A stretch of DNA of 64,000 bases from an uncultured Bacteroidales bacterium (GTDB taxonomy: Bacteria; Bacteroidota; Bacteroidia; Bacteroidales; Marinilabiliaceae), in assembly GCA_934717675.1 (NCBI GenBank), contig CAKUYZ010000003.1, positions 11,263 to 75,262 of the forward strand, given 5' to 3'. The position numbers and the translations under genes were made by a program. Position 1 is the stretch's first letter. Each line of letters begins with the position of its first letter. Under the pieces are notes generated by a model. That model searched no databases. It was given only the letters and a program-made list of their open reading frames with translations, and was not told the DNA's origin. Shown here in pieces: positions 8,894 through 17,593 of the stretch.

Positions 8894-9379
8894 ATGTCAT
8901 CTATCAACTACGTCACAGAAGCCGGCCTCAAGAAGATGAAAGACGAGCTGGCAGAGCTCGAGAGTGTTGAACGCCCAAAGGTCATCGCGGCCATCTCTGA
9001 GGCGCGTGACAAGGGCGACCTGTCAGAGAACGCCGAATACGACGCAGCCAAAGAGGCACAGGCCCACCTTGAGTCCAGGATCATGAAACTCAAGTCCACC
9101 ATAGCCAACAGCCGCGTCATCGACGTCAGCAAGCTAGACAACTCGTCTGTGCAGCTGCTCAGCCGCGTCACCATCCTCAACACCAAGACCAAGGCCAAGA
9201 TGACCTACACCATTGTGCCCGAGACTGAGGGATCGGATCTCAAGGCTGGCAAAATATCGCTCACCACGCCCATTGCCAAGGGTCTCTTGGGCAAGAAGGT
9301 GGGAGACAAGGCGGAAATCAAGGTTCCTGCTGGCCTCATGACATTTGAGGTGCTGGACATAGCCCTCTCGGTCGAGTAA
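8894..9379 (+). CDS. greA: Transcription elongation factor GreA
   Basis: ATG at 8894 gives MSSINYVTEAGLKKMKDELAELE... with GDLSENAEYDAAKEAQ. The in-frame upstream extension in the track (GTG at 8738) runs through a terminator hairpin and is rejected. Confidence 0.93.
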   Translation: MSSINYVTEAGLKKMKDELAELESVERPKVIAAISEARDKGDLSENAEYDAAKEAQAHLESRIMKLKSTIANSRVIDVSKLDNSSVQLLSRVTILNTKTKAKMTYTIVPETEGSDLKAGKISLTTPIAKGLLGKKVGDKAEIKVPAGLMTFEVLDIALSVE

Positions 9380-9412
9380 TGCATATTGTTAACCACTAAA
9401 GACAGCCGAGCC

Positions 9413-9811
9413 ATGTCTACAATATTCACCAAGATAATTAATGGCGAGATTCCGTCATACAAGGTGGCGGAAGACGAGGAGAATTATGCGTTCTTGGACA
9501 TCAACCCGCTCGCCAATGGCCACACGCTGTGCGTCCCTAAGGTCGAGACGGATTACATCTTCGACCTCACTCCTGAGCGTATGGCAAGCCTCGCGCTCTT
9601 CGCGCAAAAAGTGGCCAAGGCCCAGAAAGCCGCTCTCGGCTGCAAGAGGGTGGGGGTGGCGGTGCTGGGCTTTGACGTGCCTCACGCCCACATCCACCTG
9701 GTGCCGATGGACAGCGAGGCCACGCTCAACTTCAAGAATGAGCGCGTCCACCTCACCGAGAAAGAATTCGCCGAGACGGCTCAATTAATAGCCTCAAAGC
9801 TAGAGAAATAG
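9413..9811 (+). CDS. HIT-family (histidine triad) protein
   Basis: MSTIFTKIINGEIPSYKV... and the HAHIHLVP histidine triad. ATG at 9413; the track start at 9386 is TTG. Confidence 0.9.
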   Translation: MSTIFTKIINGEIPSYKVAEDEENYAFLDINPLANGHTLCVPKVETDYIFDLTPERMASLALFAQKVAKAQKAALGCKRVGVAVLGFDVPHAHIHLVPMDSEATLNFKNERVHLTEKEFAETAQLIASKLEK

Positions 9812-9842
9812 CGGAGCGGCCTGACAGGCTTCTTCCCACATG

Positions 9843-9875
9843 GGCCCCGCATCTGACCGATGCGGGGCCTTTTTA
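9843..9875 (+). terminator. Rho-independent terminator after the greA-HIT pair
   Basis: GGCCCCGCATC (9843-9853) pairs with GATGCGGGGCC (9859-9869), followed by TTTTTAT. Confidence 0.85.
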
Positions 9876-9893
9876 TCTACCCGAAAAAAATTC

Positions 9894-9901
9894 TACCTTT
9901 G
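9894..9901 (+). promoter_or_regulatory. Putative -7 box upstream of parE
   Basis: TACCTTTG, 55 nt before ATG 9957 and just after the upstream terminator. Confidence 0.5.
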
Positions 9902-9956
9902 CCCAAAGCCCACATCTGGAGGGCCTCCAACAACAGCGGAAGAACGACAACAACTA

Positions 9957-11870
9957 ATGAGCGAGCAAGAAGAAAAAGACATCAAGGCCGCGGCGGCTGA
10001 GTATGGCGAAGACAGCATCAAGACACTGGAGTGGCAGGAGCATATCCGCCGCCGCCCAGGCATGTATATTGGCAAACTGGGAGACGGCACCTACGCCGAC
10101 GACGGCATATACGTGCTCATCAAAGAGGTGATTGACAACTCAATAGATGAGTTTATGATGGGCTTCGGCAAGAGGATTGACGTTCTTCTCGCAGCCGACG
10201 GGTCGGTGAGCGTGCGTGACTTTGGCCGCGGCATCCCCTTGGGCTCGGTGGTGGACGTGGCCTCTAAGATGAACACTGGCGGAAAGTATGACAGTGCCGT
10301 CTTCCAAAAGTCCATAGGCCTCAACGGCGTGGGCATCAAGGCCGTCAATGCGCTATCCACGCGTTTCATCGTCTCCGCTTTCCGCGACGGGCAGGCCAAG
10401 GTGGTGGAGTTCTCGCGCGGCAAGGTGGTGAAGGAGCATGATGTGGTGCCGACGCAAGAGAAAAACGGCACCAAGGTGGAGTTCTCCCCCGACCCCGAGA
10501 TTTTCGAGAATTTCGCGTTCCGGGACGAGTTCATCGTCCAGATGCTAAAAAACTACTCCTACCTCAACAAGGGCCTGACGCTCACCTTCAACGGAGAGAA
10601 ATTTCAAAGCCAGAACGGAGTGGTTGACCTGCTCCTGGACAATATGACCGAGGAGGCCCTCTACCCCATCATCCACCTTGAGAAAGATGACCTGGAGATA
10701 GCCTTCACCCACTGCGACCACTATGGCGAGGAATACTACACATTCGTCAACGGACAGCACACCACTCAGGGCGGCACGCATCTGCTGGCCTTTAAAGAGG
10801 CCATTGTAAAGACCTTGCGAGACTATTATGGCAAGAACTACGATGTGGCCGACATCCGCTCCGGCCTCACCGCCGTCGTCTCCATCCGAATCCAGGAACC
10901 GGTCTTCGAGAGCCAGACCAAGACGAAGTTGGGAAGCAAGGACATGAGCCCCGATGGCGGGGTCTCCATCCGCAACTACGTGGGCGACTTTCTCTCCGAG
11001 CATCTCGACAACTACTTGCGCCGAAACCTCGACACGGCGGAGATAATAAACCGAAAGATTGTTGACAGCGAGAAGGAGCGCAAGGCCATCTCCGGAATCC
11101 AAAAAGAGGCCCGCGAGAAAGCCAAGAAGGCCAACCTCCATAACCGAAAGCTCCGCGACTGCACCATCCACCTGACCGATGCCGGCAACGCCCGGCGCGA
11201 GGAGACGTCTATCTTCATCACCGAGGGCGACTCGGCCTCCGGCTCCATAACCAAGAGCCGCGACGCCCACACGCAGGCCGTCTTCAGCCTCCGCGGCAAG
11301 CCACTCAACACGTTCGGGCTGAGGAGAGACACCATCTACAAGAACGAGGAGTTTTTCCTCCTCCAGAGCGCCCTCAACATTGAAGACGGCATAGACGGCC
11401 TCCGGTACAACAAAGTCATCATTGCCACCGATGCCGATGTTGACGGAATGCACATCCGACTGCTCATGATAACGTTCTTCCTCCAGTTCTTCCCAGAGGT
11501 CATCAAGAACGGGCACCTGTTCATACTTCAGACGCCGCTCTTCCGAGTGCGAAACAAGAAGAAGACCCTCTACTGCTATTCCGAGGAGGAGCGAGACAAG
11601 GCGGCTAAGCAGCTGGGCGCGCAGAGGGAGATAACCAGGTTTAAGGGTCTCGGGGAGATCAACTGGCAAGAGTTCAAGGAGTTCATCGGCCCCAGCATGA
11701 GGCTGGACACTGTCATGCTCAAAAGCTCCGACGCGGTTCACGACCTGCTGGAGTTCTATATGGGCAAAAACACGTCCAGCAGGCAAAACTTCATCATTGA
11801 CAATCTCGTCATCGAGGAAGACTTGGTAGACAAAGACTTGCACATCTTGCAAGAGGAAGAGGCTGAGTAA
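9957..11870 (+). CDS. parE: DNA topoisomerase IV subunit B (type IIA topoisomerase ATPase subunit)
   Basis: Motifs [51 protein letters not shown]. Adjacency to the A subunit favours topo IV over gyrase in Bacteroidota. Start set at ATG 9957 because the track extension (9840) covers a terminator and a -7 box. Confidence 0.85.
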   Translation: MSEQEEKDIKAAAAEYGEDSIKTLEWQEHIRRRPGMYIGKLGDGTYADDGIYVLIKEVIDNSIDEFMMGFGKRIDVLLAADGSVSVRDFGRGIPLGSVVDVASKMNTGGKYDSAVFQKSIGLNGVGIKAVNALSTRFIVSAFRDGQAKVVEFSRGKVVKEHDVVPTQEKNGTKVEFSPDPEIFENFAFRDEFIVQMLKNYSYLNKGLTLTFNGEKFQSQNGVVDLLLDNMTEEALYPIIHLEKDDLEIAFTHCDHYGEEYYTFVNGQHTTQGGTHLLAFKEAIVKTLRDYYGKNYDVADIRSGLTAVVSIRIQEPVFESQTKTKLGSKDMSPDGGVSIRNYVGDFLSEHLDNYLRRNLDTAEIINRKIVDSEKERKAISGIQKEAREKAKKANLHNRKLRDCTIHLTDAGNARREETSIFITEGDSASGSITKSRDAHTQAVFSLRGKPLNTFGLRRDTIYKNEEFFLLQSALNIEDGIDGLRYNKVIIATDADVDGMHIRLLMITFFLQFFPEVIKNGHLFILQTPLFRVRNKKKTLYCYSEEERDKAAKQLGAQREITRFKGLGEINWQEFKEFIGPSMRLDTVMLKSSDAVHDLLEFYMGKNTSSRQNFIIDNLVIEEDLVDKDLHILQEEEAE

Positions 11871-11926
11871 CATCGCCCTGCGCAGGGCAGGGCGAGAGAG
11901 GCAATCACCAACAACAAACATATCTC

Positions 11927-14608
11927 ATGAGCGACGACACAAAAGACGACGACATCATACAAGACCAAGACCCGCAGGCCGACGACGCGGGCCAAGACGG
12001 CGCACTCCCCGCTGACGACGGCGGCAACGCCCCGGCTTGGGACTCCGAGGCCGTCAAGAAGAGCCACCTCCACGGCATGTACAGGTCGTGGTTTCTCGAC
12101 TACGCCTCCTACGTAATCTTGGAGCGCGCCGTGCCGCACATCGATGACGGCCTGAAGCCCGTGCAACGGCGCATCTTGCACACCATGAGCCGGCTGGAGG
12201 ATGGCAGGTTCAACAAAGTGGCCAACATTGTGGGCGCCACCATGTCTTTCCACCCTCACGGCGACGCATCCATAGGCGACGCCTTGGTGCAGTTGGGGCA
12301 GAAGGAGCTGCTCATTGACACGCAGGGCAACTGGGGCAACATCATAACGGGAGACGGGGCCGCCGCCCCGCGATACATCGAGGCGCGCCTCACCAAGTTT
12401 GCCCAGGATGTGGTCTTCAACCCCAAGACCACCGTGTGGAAAGAGAGCTACGATGGCCGCAACGAGGAACCCGTGACCCTGCCCGTGAAGTTCCCGCTCC
12501 TGCTCGCGCAGGGAGTGGAGGGCATCGCCGTGGGGCTGGCCTCCAAGATATTGCCACACAACTTCAACGAGCTCATCGACGCTTCCGTGGCATATCTTGA
12601 GGGCAAGCCATTCACGCTCTATCCCGACTTCCCCACTGGTGGCAGCATAGACGTCTCGCGATACAATGACGGCCTCCGGGGCGGGGTGGTCCGCATACGC
12701 TCCAAAATTGAGAAACGAGACGCCCGAACTCTGGCCATAACCGAGATACCGTATTCCAAGACCACATCGTCTGTCATAGAGTCCATCCTGAAGGTCAATG
12801 ACAAGAAGATAAAAGTCAAGAAGATAGATGACAACACGGCAGACAATGCCGAGATCATCATCCACCTGCCTGCCGGCGCCTCGCCAGACAAGACCATCGA
12901 CGCCCTCTACGCCTTCACGGATTGTGAGCTGTCCATCTCGCCAAACGCCTGCGTCATCATAGACCGCAAGCCGCACTTCCTTGGCGTGTCAGACATCTTG
13001 CGCCACAGCACCGAGCGCACGCGGGACCTGCTGGCCCAGGAGTTGCGAATCAAGCTAGACGAGCTGGCGCAGCAGTGGCACATCCTCTCGCTAGACAAGA
13101 TATTCATTGAGGAGCGGATCTATAAGGACAAGGAGTTTGAAGACGCCGCCTCGACCGACGAGGCCGTGGCCCACATTGACGCCCGCCTCAAAGCCTATTT
13201 CGCCACGAACAGCGTCAAGCTGATGCGCGACGTGACCACCGATGACATCCTCCACCTTCTTGAGATCAAGATGGCCCGCATCCTCAAGTTCAACACCGAG
13301 GCGGCCGAGCAGAGGCTCAAGGCTCTGGCCGAGGAGATGGACAAGACGAGGGATGACCTGGAGCACATTGTGGACTACACGATAGCATATTTCCGCCGCC
13401 TCAAAAAACAATATGGCGCGGGCCACCCCCGCCTCACCGAGATACGCTCGTTTGACAACATTGAGGCCGCCAAGGTGGTGGAGCGCAACAAGAAGCTCTA
13501 CATCAACCGCGAAGACGGATTCATGGGCTATGGACTCAAGAAAGGCGACTACGTGGCCGACTGCTCCGACCTCGACGACGTCATCATTTTCTACACTGAC
13601 GGGCGCTACGTGGTCAAGAAGATTGACGAGAAAGTGGACGTGGGCACTGGCGTCATGCACGTGGCCATATTCAAGAAAAACGACACGCGCACCGTCTACA
13701 ACGCCGTGTATACCGATGGCGAGACGGGCATCACCTTCGCCAAGCGATTCAACGTCACGGGCATAACCCGCGACCGCGAGTATGACCTCACCAGCGGGGC
13801 CAAGGGGACCAAGTTGCGATATTTCAGCGCCAACGCCAATGGCGAGGCCGAGGTGGTCAAGGTGTTGCTGAGGCCCAGAGCCAAGTTGCGAAATGTAGTG
13901 CTAGACTTCGACTTCGCCTCGTTGGCCATCAAGGGCAGGGCATCAAAGGGAAACGTGGTCACGAAAAACGAGGTGCACAAGGTGGTGCTGAAACGCAGGG
14001 GTGAGAGCACGCTCGGCGGACGGCAGATATGGTTTGAGCCAGAGACCCTGCGCCTCAATCCTGACGGGCGCGGCGAGCTGCTGGGTGAGTTTGGCCCAGA
14101 AGACAAGATTCTCGTAATAACCAAGGGCGGCGACGCCATCACCACGGGCACGGGCTTTGAGCAACATTTTGATGACAACATTGAGCGCATCGAGAAGTTC
14201 GACCCCCACAAGGTCTGGACGGCCATATACGTTGACGGAGAGACGGGGCAGCACTACATCAAGAGGTTTAAACTGACGCCCACGGCCAAGCCCCTCAACT
14301 TCATAGGCGAGAACGCCAAGAGCCGCCTCGTGGCCCTCTCTGACGAGGATCATCCGCTCTTCTCCGTCACCTATGGCGGCGCGGACAAGTGGCGGCCTGC
14401 CGAGAGGATTGACGCCGCGGAGTTCATTGGCGAGAAAGGGGTCAAGGCCAAGGGCAAGCGCCTGGCCATATATGAGGTGGGCAAGGTGAAAGAGCTTGAG
14501 CCTCTCATCCCGACAGTCAGAACAGCCCCCGCGGCGGACGACGCGGAAGACGGCCCCGACGATGCAGACACCGACGCTGACGATACGGAACAGCCGTCAT
14601 TGTTCTAA
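11927..14608 (+). CDS. parC: DNA topoisomerase IV subunit A
   Basis: Motifs AVPHIDDGLKPVQRRIL, HPHGDASI, AAPRYIEARL (catalytic Tyr). 893 aa with an acidic C-terminal tail. Confidence 0.85.
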   Translation: MSDDTKDDDIIQDQDPQADDAGQDGALPADDGGNAPAWDSEAVKKSHLHGMYRSWFLDYASYVILERAVPHIDDGLKPVQRRILHTMSRLEDGRFNKVANIVGATMSFHPHGDASIGDALVQLGQKELLIDTQGNWGNIITGDGAAAPRYIEARLTKFAQDVVFNPKTTVWKESYDGRNEEPVTLPVKFPLLLAQGVEGIAVGLASKILPHNFNELIDASVAYLEGKPFTLYPDFPTGGSIDVSRYNDGLRGGVVRIRSKIEKRDARTLAITEIPYSKTTSSVIESILKVNDKKIKVKKIDDNTADNAEIIIHLPAGASPDKTIDALYAFTDCELSISPNACVIIDRKPHFLGVSDILRHSTERTRDLLAQELRIKLDELAQQWHILSLDKIFIEERIYKDKEFEDAASTDEAVAHIDARLKAYFATNSVKLMRDVTTDDILHLLEIKMARILKFNTEAAEQRLKALAEEMDKTRDDLEHIVDYTIAYFRRLKKQYGAGHPRLTEIRSFDNIEAAKVVERNKKLYINREDGFMGYGLKKGDYVADCSDLDDVIIFYTDGRYVVKKIDEKVDVGTGVMHVAIFKKNDTRTVYNAVYTDGETGITFAKRFNVTGITRDREYDLTSGAKGTKLRYFSANANGEAEVVKVLLRPRAKLRNVVLDFDFASLAIKGRASKGNVVTKNEVHKVVLKRRGESTLGGRQIWFEPETLRLNPDGRGELLGEFGPEDKILVITKGGDAITTGTGFEQHFDDNIERIEKFDPHKVWTAIYVDGETGQHYIKRFKLTPTAKPLNFIGENAKSRLVALSDEDHPLFSVTYGGADKWRPAERIDAAEFIGEKGVKAKGKRLAIYEVGKVKELEPLIPTVRTAPAADDAEDGPDDADTDADDTEQPSLF

Positions 14609-14624
14609 ACGGAAACAGAGTTAC

Positions 14625-14669
14625 GAAGCGCACGTGGACCTTGCGGGCCGCGTGCGCTTCCGCATTTTT
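14625..14669 (+). terminator. Rho-independent terminator after parC
   Basis: GAAGCGCACG (14625-14634) pairs with CGTGCGCTTC (14651-14660), followed by CGCATTTTT. Confidence 0.75.
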
Positions 14670-14731
14670 GCCACGTGCCCAAATTTGCCTCGCTCTAGCC
14701 GTTTCTCTTTGCGTTTTTTGTATGGTTTTTA

Positions 14732-14739
14732 TAGCTTTG
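14732..14739 (+). promoter_or_regulatory. Putative -7 box upstream of efp
   Basis: TAGCTTTG, 43 nt before ATG 14783. Confidence 0.5.
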
Positions 14740-14782
14740 CAAGCGATTTTGTAAACAATACTATTCAGAGCAAAACTAGGAT

Positions 14783-15349
14783 ATGGCAACAACTGCAGAT
14801 TTCCGCAATGGCATGTGCATTGAGTACAACGGCCAGCTGTACATCATCGTCAAGTTCCTCCACGTCAAGCCTGGCAAGGGCCCGGCTTTCGTCCGCACCA
14901 CACTGAAGAACCTCAAGACAGGCAAGGTGATTGACAACACGTTCAACTCCGGTGTCAAGATCACCGAGGCTCGCGTGGAGCATCGCCAATACCAGTTCAC
15001 ATATAAGGACAACCTCGGCTACCACCTTATGAACTCCGAGACCTACGAGGAGATCGTCTTGTCCGAGGATCAGATTCCTAACGCCGACCTGATGAAGGAG
15101 GGCGAGAGCATCGAGGTGGTCGTTCACGCAGAGACCGAGACCGTCCTCACGGCCGAGCTGCCCCCCTTCATGACTTTCGAGGTCACCTATACCGAGCCTG
15201 GCGTCCGTGGAGACACGTCGTCCACCACCTCCCTCAAGCCCGCCACCATCGAGACTGGCGCCACCATTATGGTGCCCCTCTTCGTCAATCAGGGCGACAA
15301 GATTAAGGTGGACACCCGCGACCGCTCATACGTAGAGCGCGTCAAGTAA
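14783..15349 (+). CDS. efp: Elongation factor P
   Basis: 188 aa; [20 protein letters not shown] loop motif. Confidence 0.97.
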   Translation: MATTADFRNGMCIEYNGQLYIIVKFLHVKPGKGPAFVRTTLKNLKTGKVIDNTFNSGVKITEARVEHRQYQFTYKDNLGYHLMNSETYEEIVLSEDQIPNADLMKEGESIEVVVHAETETVLTAELPPFMTFEVTYTEPGVRGDTSSTTSLKPATIETGATIMVPLFVNQGDKIKVDTRDRSYVERVK

Positions 15350-15404
15350 GGGGTCTCGTCTCCTCTCCTGCGCGGCCTGGCGGCAGGCGGCGGCAACACA
15401 CGCG

Positions 15405-15446
15405 GAGCCGCGGGCTAGCACCAGCCCGCGGCTCTTTCTCTTTTTT
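15405..15446 (+). terminator. Rho-independent terminator after efp
   Basis: A 12-bp perfect stem pairs GAGCCGCGGGCT (15405-15416) with AGCCCGCGGCTC (15423-15434), followed by TTTCTCTTTTTT. Confidence 0.9.
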
Positions 15447-15509
15447 CACGCCCACCTCACACTCGTTTAAGTAAGCGGCTAGGCCGCAAGGCTAAAATAA
15501 CGGCAACCT

Positions 15510-16748
15510 ATGGCATCAGACAGAAATGTGGTCCGCCTCTATAAGGAGAAGCTCAACCTCCTGCTAGATGTGGCCCAGACGGTCAATGAAGACAGCAGCG
15601 TCGAGGAGCTTATGGCCGAGTTTGAGTCCCTGCTCCGAGACGAGCTGGGCGTGGGGAGAATACTTGTCTTCACCAAGGACGACGGCCGCTGGCGGTGCAT
15701 CCTCCAGAGCAACGTCTCTGACAGTCAGCGAGACTCCATTGACATTGGCCGAGACATGAGCGGCGTGGAGGGCATTGAGAATCTGGCCATGAAGGAAATC
15801 CCCTCCCTTGAGGGTTTCGACGCCATCATCCCGCTGCGCCACAAGTATAAGGTAATGGGATATGTGGTGGTGGGAGACAGCGAGTTGGGGGACGGCATCA
15901 GCCCCACGCTGCGCAACCTCAAATTCATCCAGATCCTCTCCAACATCATCATCGTCTTCATCGAGAACAAGAAGATGCAGGCGAAGCTGTTGCGGCAAGA
16001 GGGGTTGCGACAAGAGCTCGCCTTGGCCTCCCGAATCCAGACGGGCCTCATCCCGCCCGAGGGTATGCTCCTTCAGACGGGCCACACCCGCGCCATGTCA
16101 TATTACCACCCGCATGATCAGGTGGGCGGAGACTATTTCGACATCTTGCGCCTCGGCCCAAACACCGTCGGCTTCTGCATTGCGGATGTGAGCGGCAAGG
16201 GCGTGGCCGCCGCGCTCCTCATGTCCAACTTCCAGGCCATGGTTCGGGCCCTCTTCACAGCCAAGGTGAGCCTCCGCTCGCTGGTGGAGGATCTCAACCG
16301 CCGAGTGTGCCAAAACACAAGCGGCGAGAAGTTCATAACATTCTTCATTGGCCGATACAACTGCCTGACTGGTCGCCTGCACTATGTCAATGCCGGCCAC
16401 CTGCCGCCCATCGTGAGCAGCCTGGGCGAGGTGAAAGAGCTGATGAGCGGCTCCATAGGGCTGGGCATGCTAGACGAGATGCCGGGTGTTGACGTGGGCT
16501 GCGTCAGATTGCGCAAGGGCGACTTGGTCGTGGCCTATACCGATGGGCTTGTGGAGGTTGACGAGGGCGCCACCATGGGAAGCAATCAAGACAAGGTGGT
16601 GGAGATAATGAAAAAGTCGATGGGCATTGACCGCACCATGGGCGAGCTGGCCAGCCTCGCAGAGGCCACGAGGGCCGCGGGTAAGTCTTTTGATGACACG
16701 TCGGTCTTGGCCATTGAGGTGACGCGGGCCCCATTGCTGCCATTCTGA
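15510..16748 (+). CDS. GAF-like sensor domain + PP2C/SpoIIE-type serine phosphatase
   Basis: The C-terminal half carries GGDYFD, IADVSGKGVAAALLMS, NAGHLPP and YTDGLVE, the hallmarks of SpoIIE/RsbU-type PP2C. The N-terminal ~170 aa look GAF-like. Confidence 0.85.
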   Translation: MASDRNVVRLYKEKLNLLLDVAQTVNEDSSVEELMAEFESLLRDELGVGRILVFTKDDGRWRCILQSNVSDSQRDSIDIGRDMSGVEGIENLAMKEIPSLEGFDAIIPLRHKYKVMGYVVVGDSELGDGISPTLRNLKFIQILSNIIIVFIENKKMQAKLLRQEGLRQELALASRIQTGLIPPEGMLLQTGHTRAMSYYHPHDQVGGDYFDILRLGPNTVGFCIADVSGKGVAAALLMSNFQAMVRALFTAKVSLRSLVEDLNRRVCQNTSGEKFITFFIGRYNCLTGRLHYVNAGHLPPIVSSLGEVKELMSGSIGLGMLDEMPGVDVGCVRLRKGDLVVAYTDGLVEVDEGATMGSNQDKVVEIMKKSMGIDRTMGELASLAEATRAAGKSFDDTSVLAIEVTRAPLLPF

Positions 16749-16773
16749 CGCAATGAAAGGCGAATAAATTAAC

Positions 16774-16781
16774 TATTTTTG
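16774..16781 (+). promoter_or_regulatory. Putative -7 box upstream of pssA
   Basis: TATTTTTG, 42 nt before ATG 16824. Confidence 0.45.
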
Positions 16782-16823
16782 CGAGCGAGCGCCTTGTGGC
16801 GAGATATAAATTTCAGAAAACAG

Positions 16824-17564
16824 ATGTCTATTAAAAAATACATCCCCAACGCGATCACGTCGATGAACCTCTTCTGCGGCGTCTTGGCCGTGACGTGCGC
16901 CTTTGAGGGGATGCTTCAGGCTGCCGCCCTCTTCATTATCGGCGGGGCGGTGTTTGACTTCTTTGACGGCTTCGCGGCCCGTGCCTTGGGCGTGAGCGGC
17001 CCCATGGGCAAGGAGCTGGACTCTTTGGCTGACAATATATCTTTCGGCCTCGCCCCAGCCGCCATCTATTCGGCCTATATGCGTTGGGCGCTCACGGGCA
17101 GCCTCACCACGCCGCTTGCCGACATGGAGGCCCGTCAGGTGGTCATAGTGGCCGCGCCGCTCATCTTGGCAGTGTTCGCGGGCCTCAGGTTGGCCAAGTT
17201 CAACATTGACGAGCGTCAGACCGAGAGTTTCCTTGGCCTCACCACCACGGCCACGGGTCTCTTCACGGCCTCGCTTTTCTGGATGATGCCCGGCCACGAG
17301 GAGCTCTTTGCCCGCGTGCTGTCTCCCGCCGTGGTGCTGCTGATGGTGGCGGTGTTCTGTGTGTTGCTTGTGAGCGAGATTCCGATGTTCTCCCTCAAAG
17401 TGAAGCATTGGACGTGGGCCGGCAATCAGCTCAAGGTCATCTTGCTGGTGGTGGGGCTCGTTAGCATTGTATTTATGGGGCTTGGCGGCATCAGCGTCAC
17501 CATTCTGCTCTATACCGTCTTTTCCATTGTGCGCAGCTTGGCTGCGTCTGCTATAAAAAAATAG
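16824..17564 (+). CDS. pssA: CDP-diacylglycerol--serine O-phosphatidyltransferase
   Basis: CDP-alcohol phosphatidyltransferase motif DFFDGFAARALGVSGPMGKELDSLAD; polytopic membrane protein. ATG at 16824 (MSIKKYIPNAIT...). Confidence 0.85.
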   Translation: MSIKKYIPNAITSMNLFCGVLAVTCAFEGMLQAAALFIIGGAVFDFFDGFAARALGVSGPMGKELDSLADNISFGLAPAAIYSAYMRWALTGSLTTPLADMEARQVVIVAAPLILAVFAGLRLAKFNIDERQTESFLGLTTTATGLFTASLFWMMPGHEELFARVLSPAVVLLMVAVFCVLLVSEIPMFSLKVKHWTWAGNQLKVILLVVGLVSIVFMGLGGISVTILLYTVFSIVRSLAASAIKK

Positions 17565-17593
17565 ACCTGGCGCGTGGAGGCGCGAGACCAATC

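Noticed and set aside
9840-9956. N-terminal extensions in the ORF track (parE from 9840, ProX-like from 51047, lysS from 41891, greA from 8738, tsaC from 61750, serB from 20203 and others)
   Set aside because: The extensions run through terminator hairpins, -7 promoter boxes or the preceding gene. They often begin with GTG/TTG. The internal ATGs give N-termini that match the family norm.
10545-12976. Long antisense ORFs (458 aa and 406 aa) opposite parE/parC
   Set aside because: They fully overlap strongly recognisable topoisomerase genes. Their translations are low-complexity and Arg/Ala/Gly/Leu/Val-rich with no motifs. Long stop-free antisense frames of this kind are expected in GC3-rich coding DNA.
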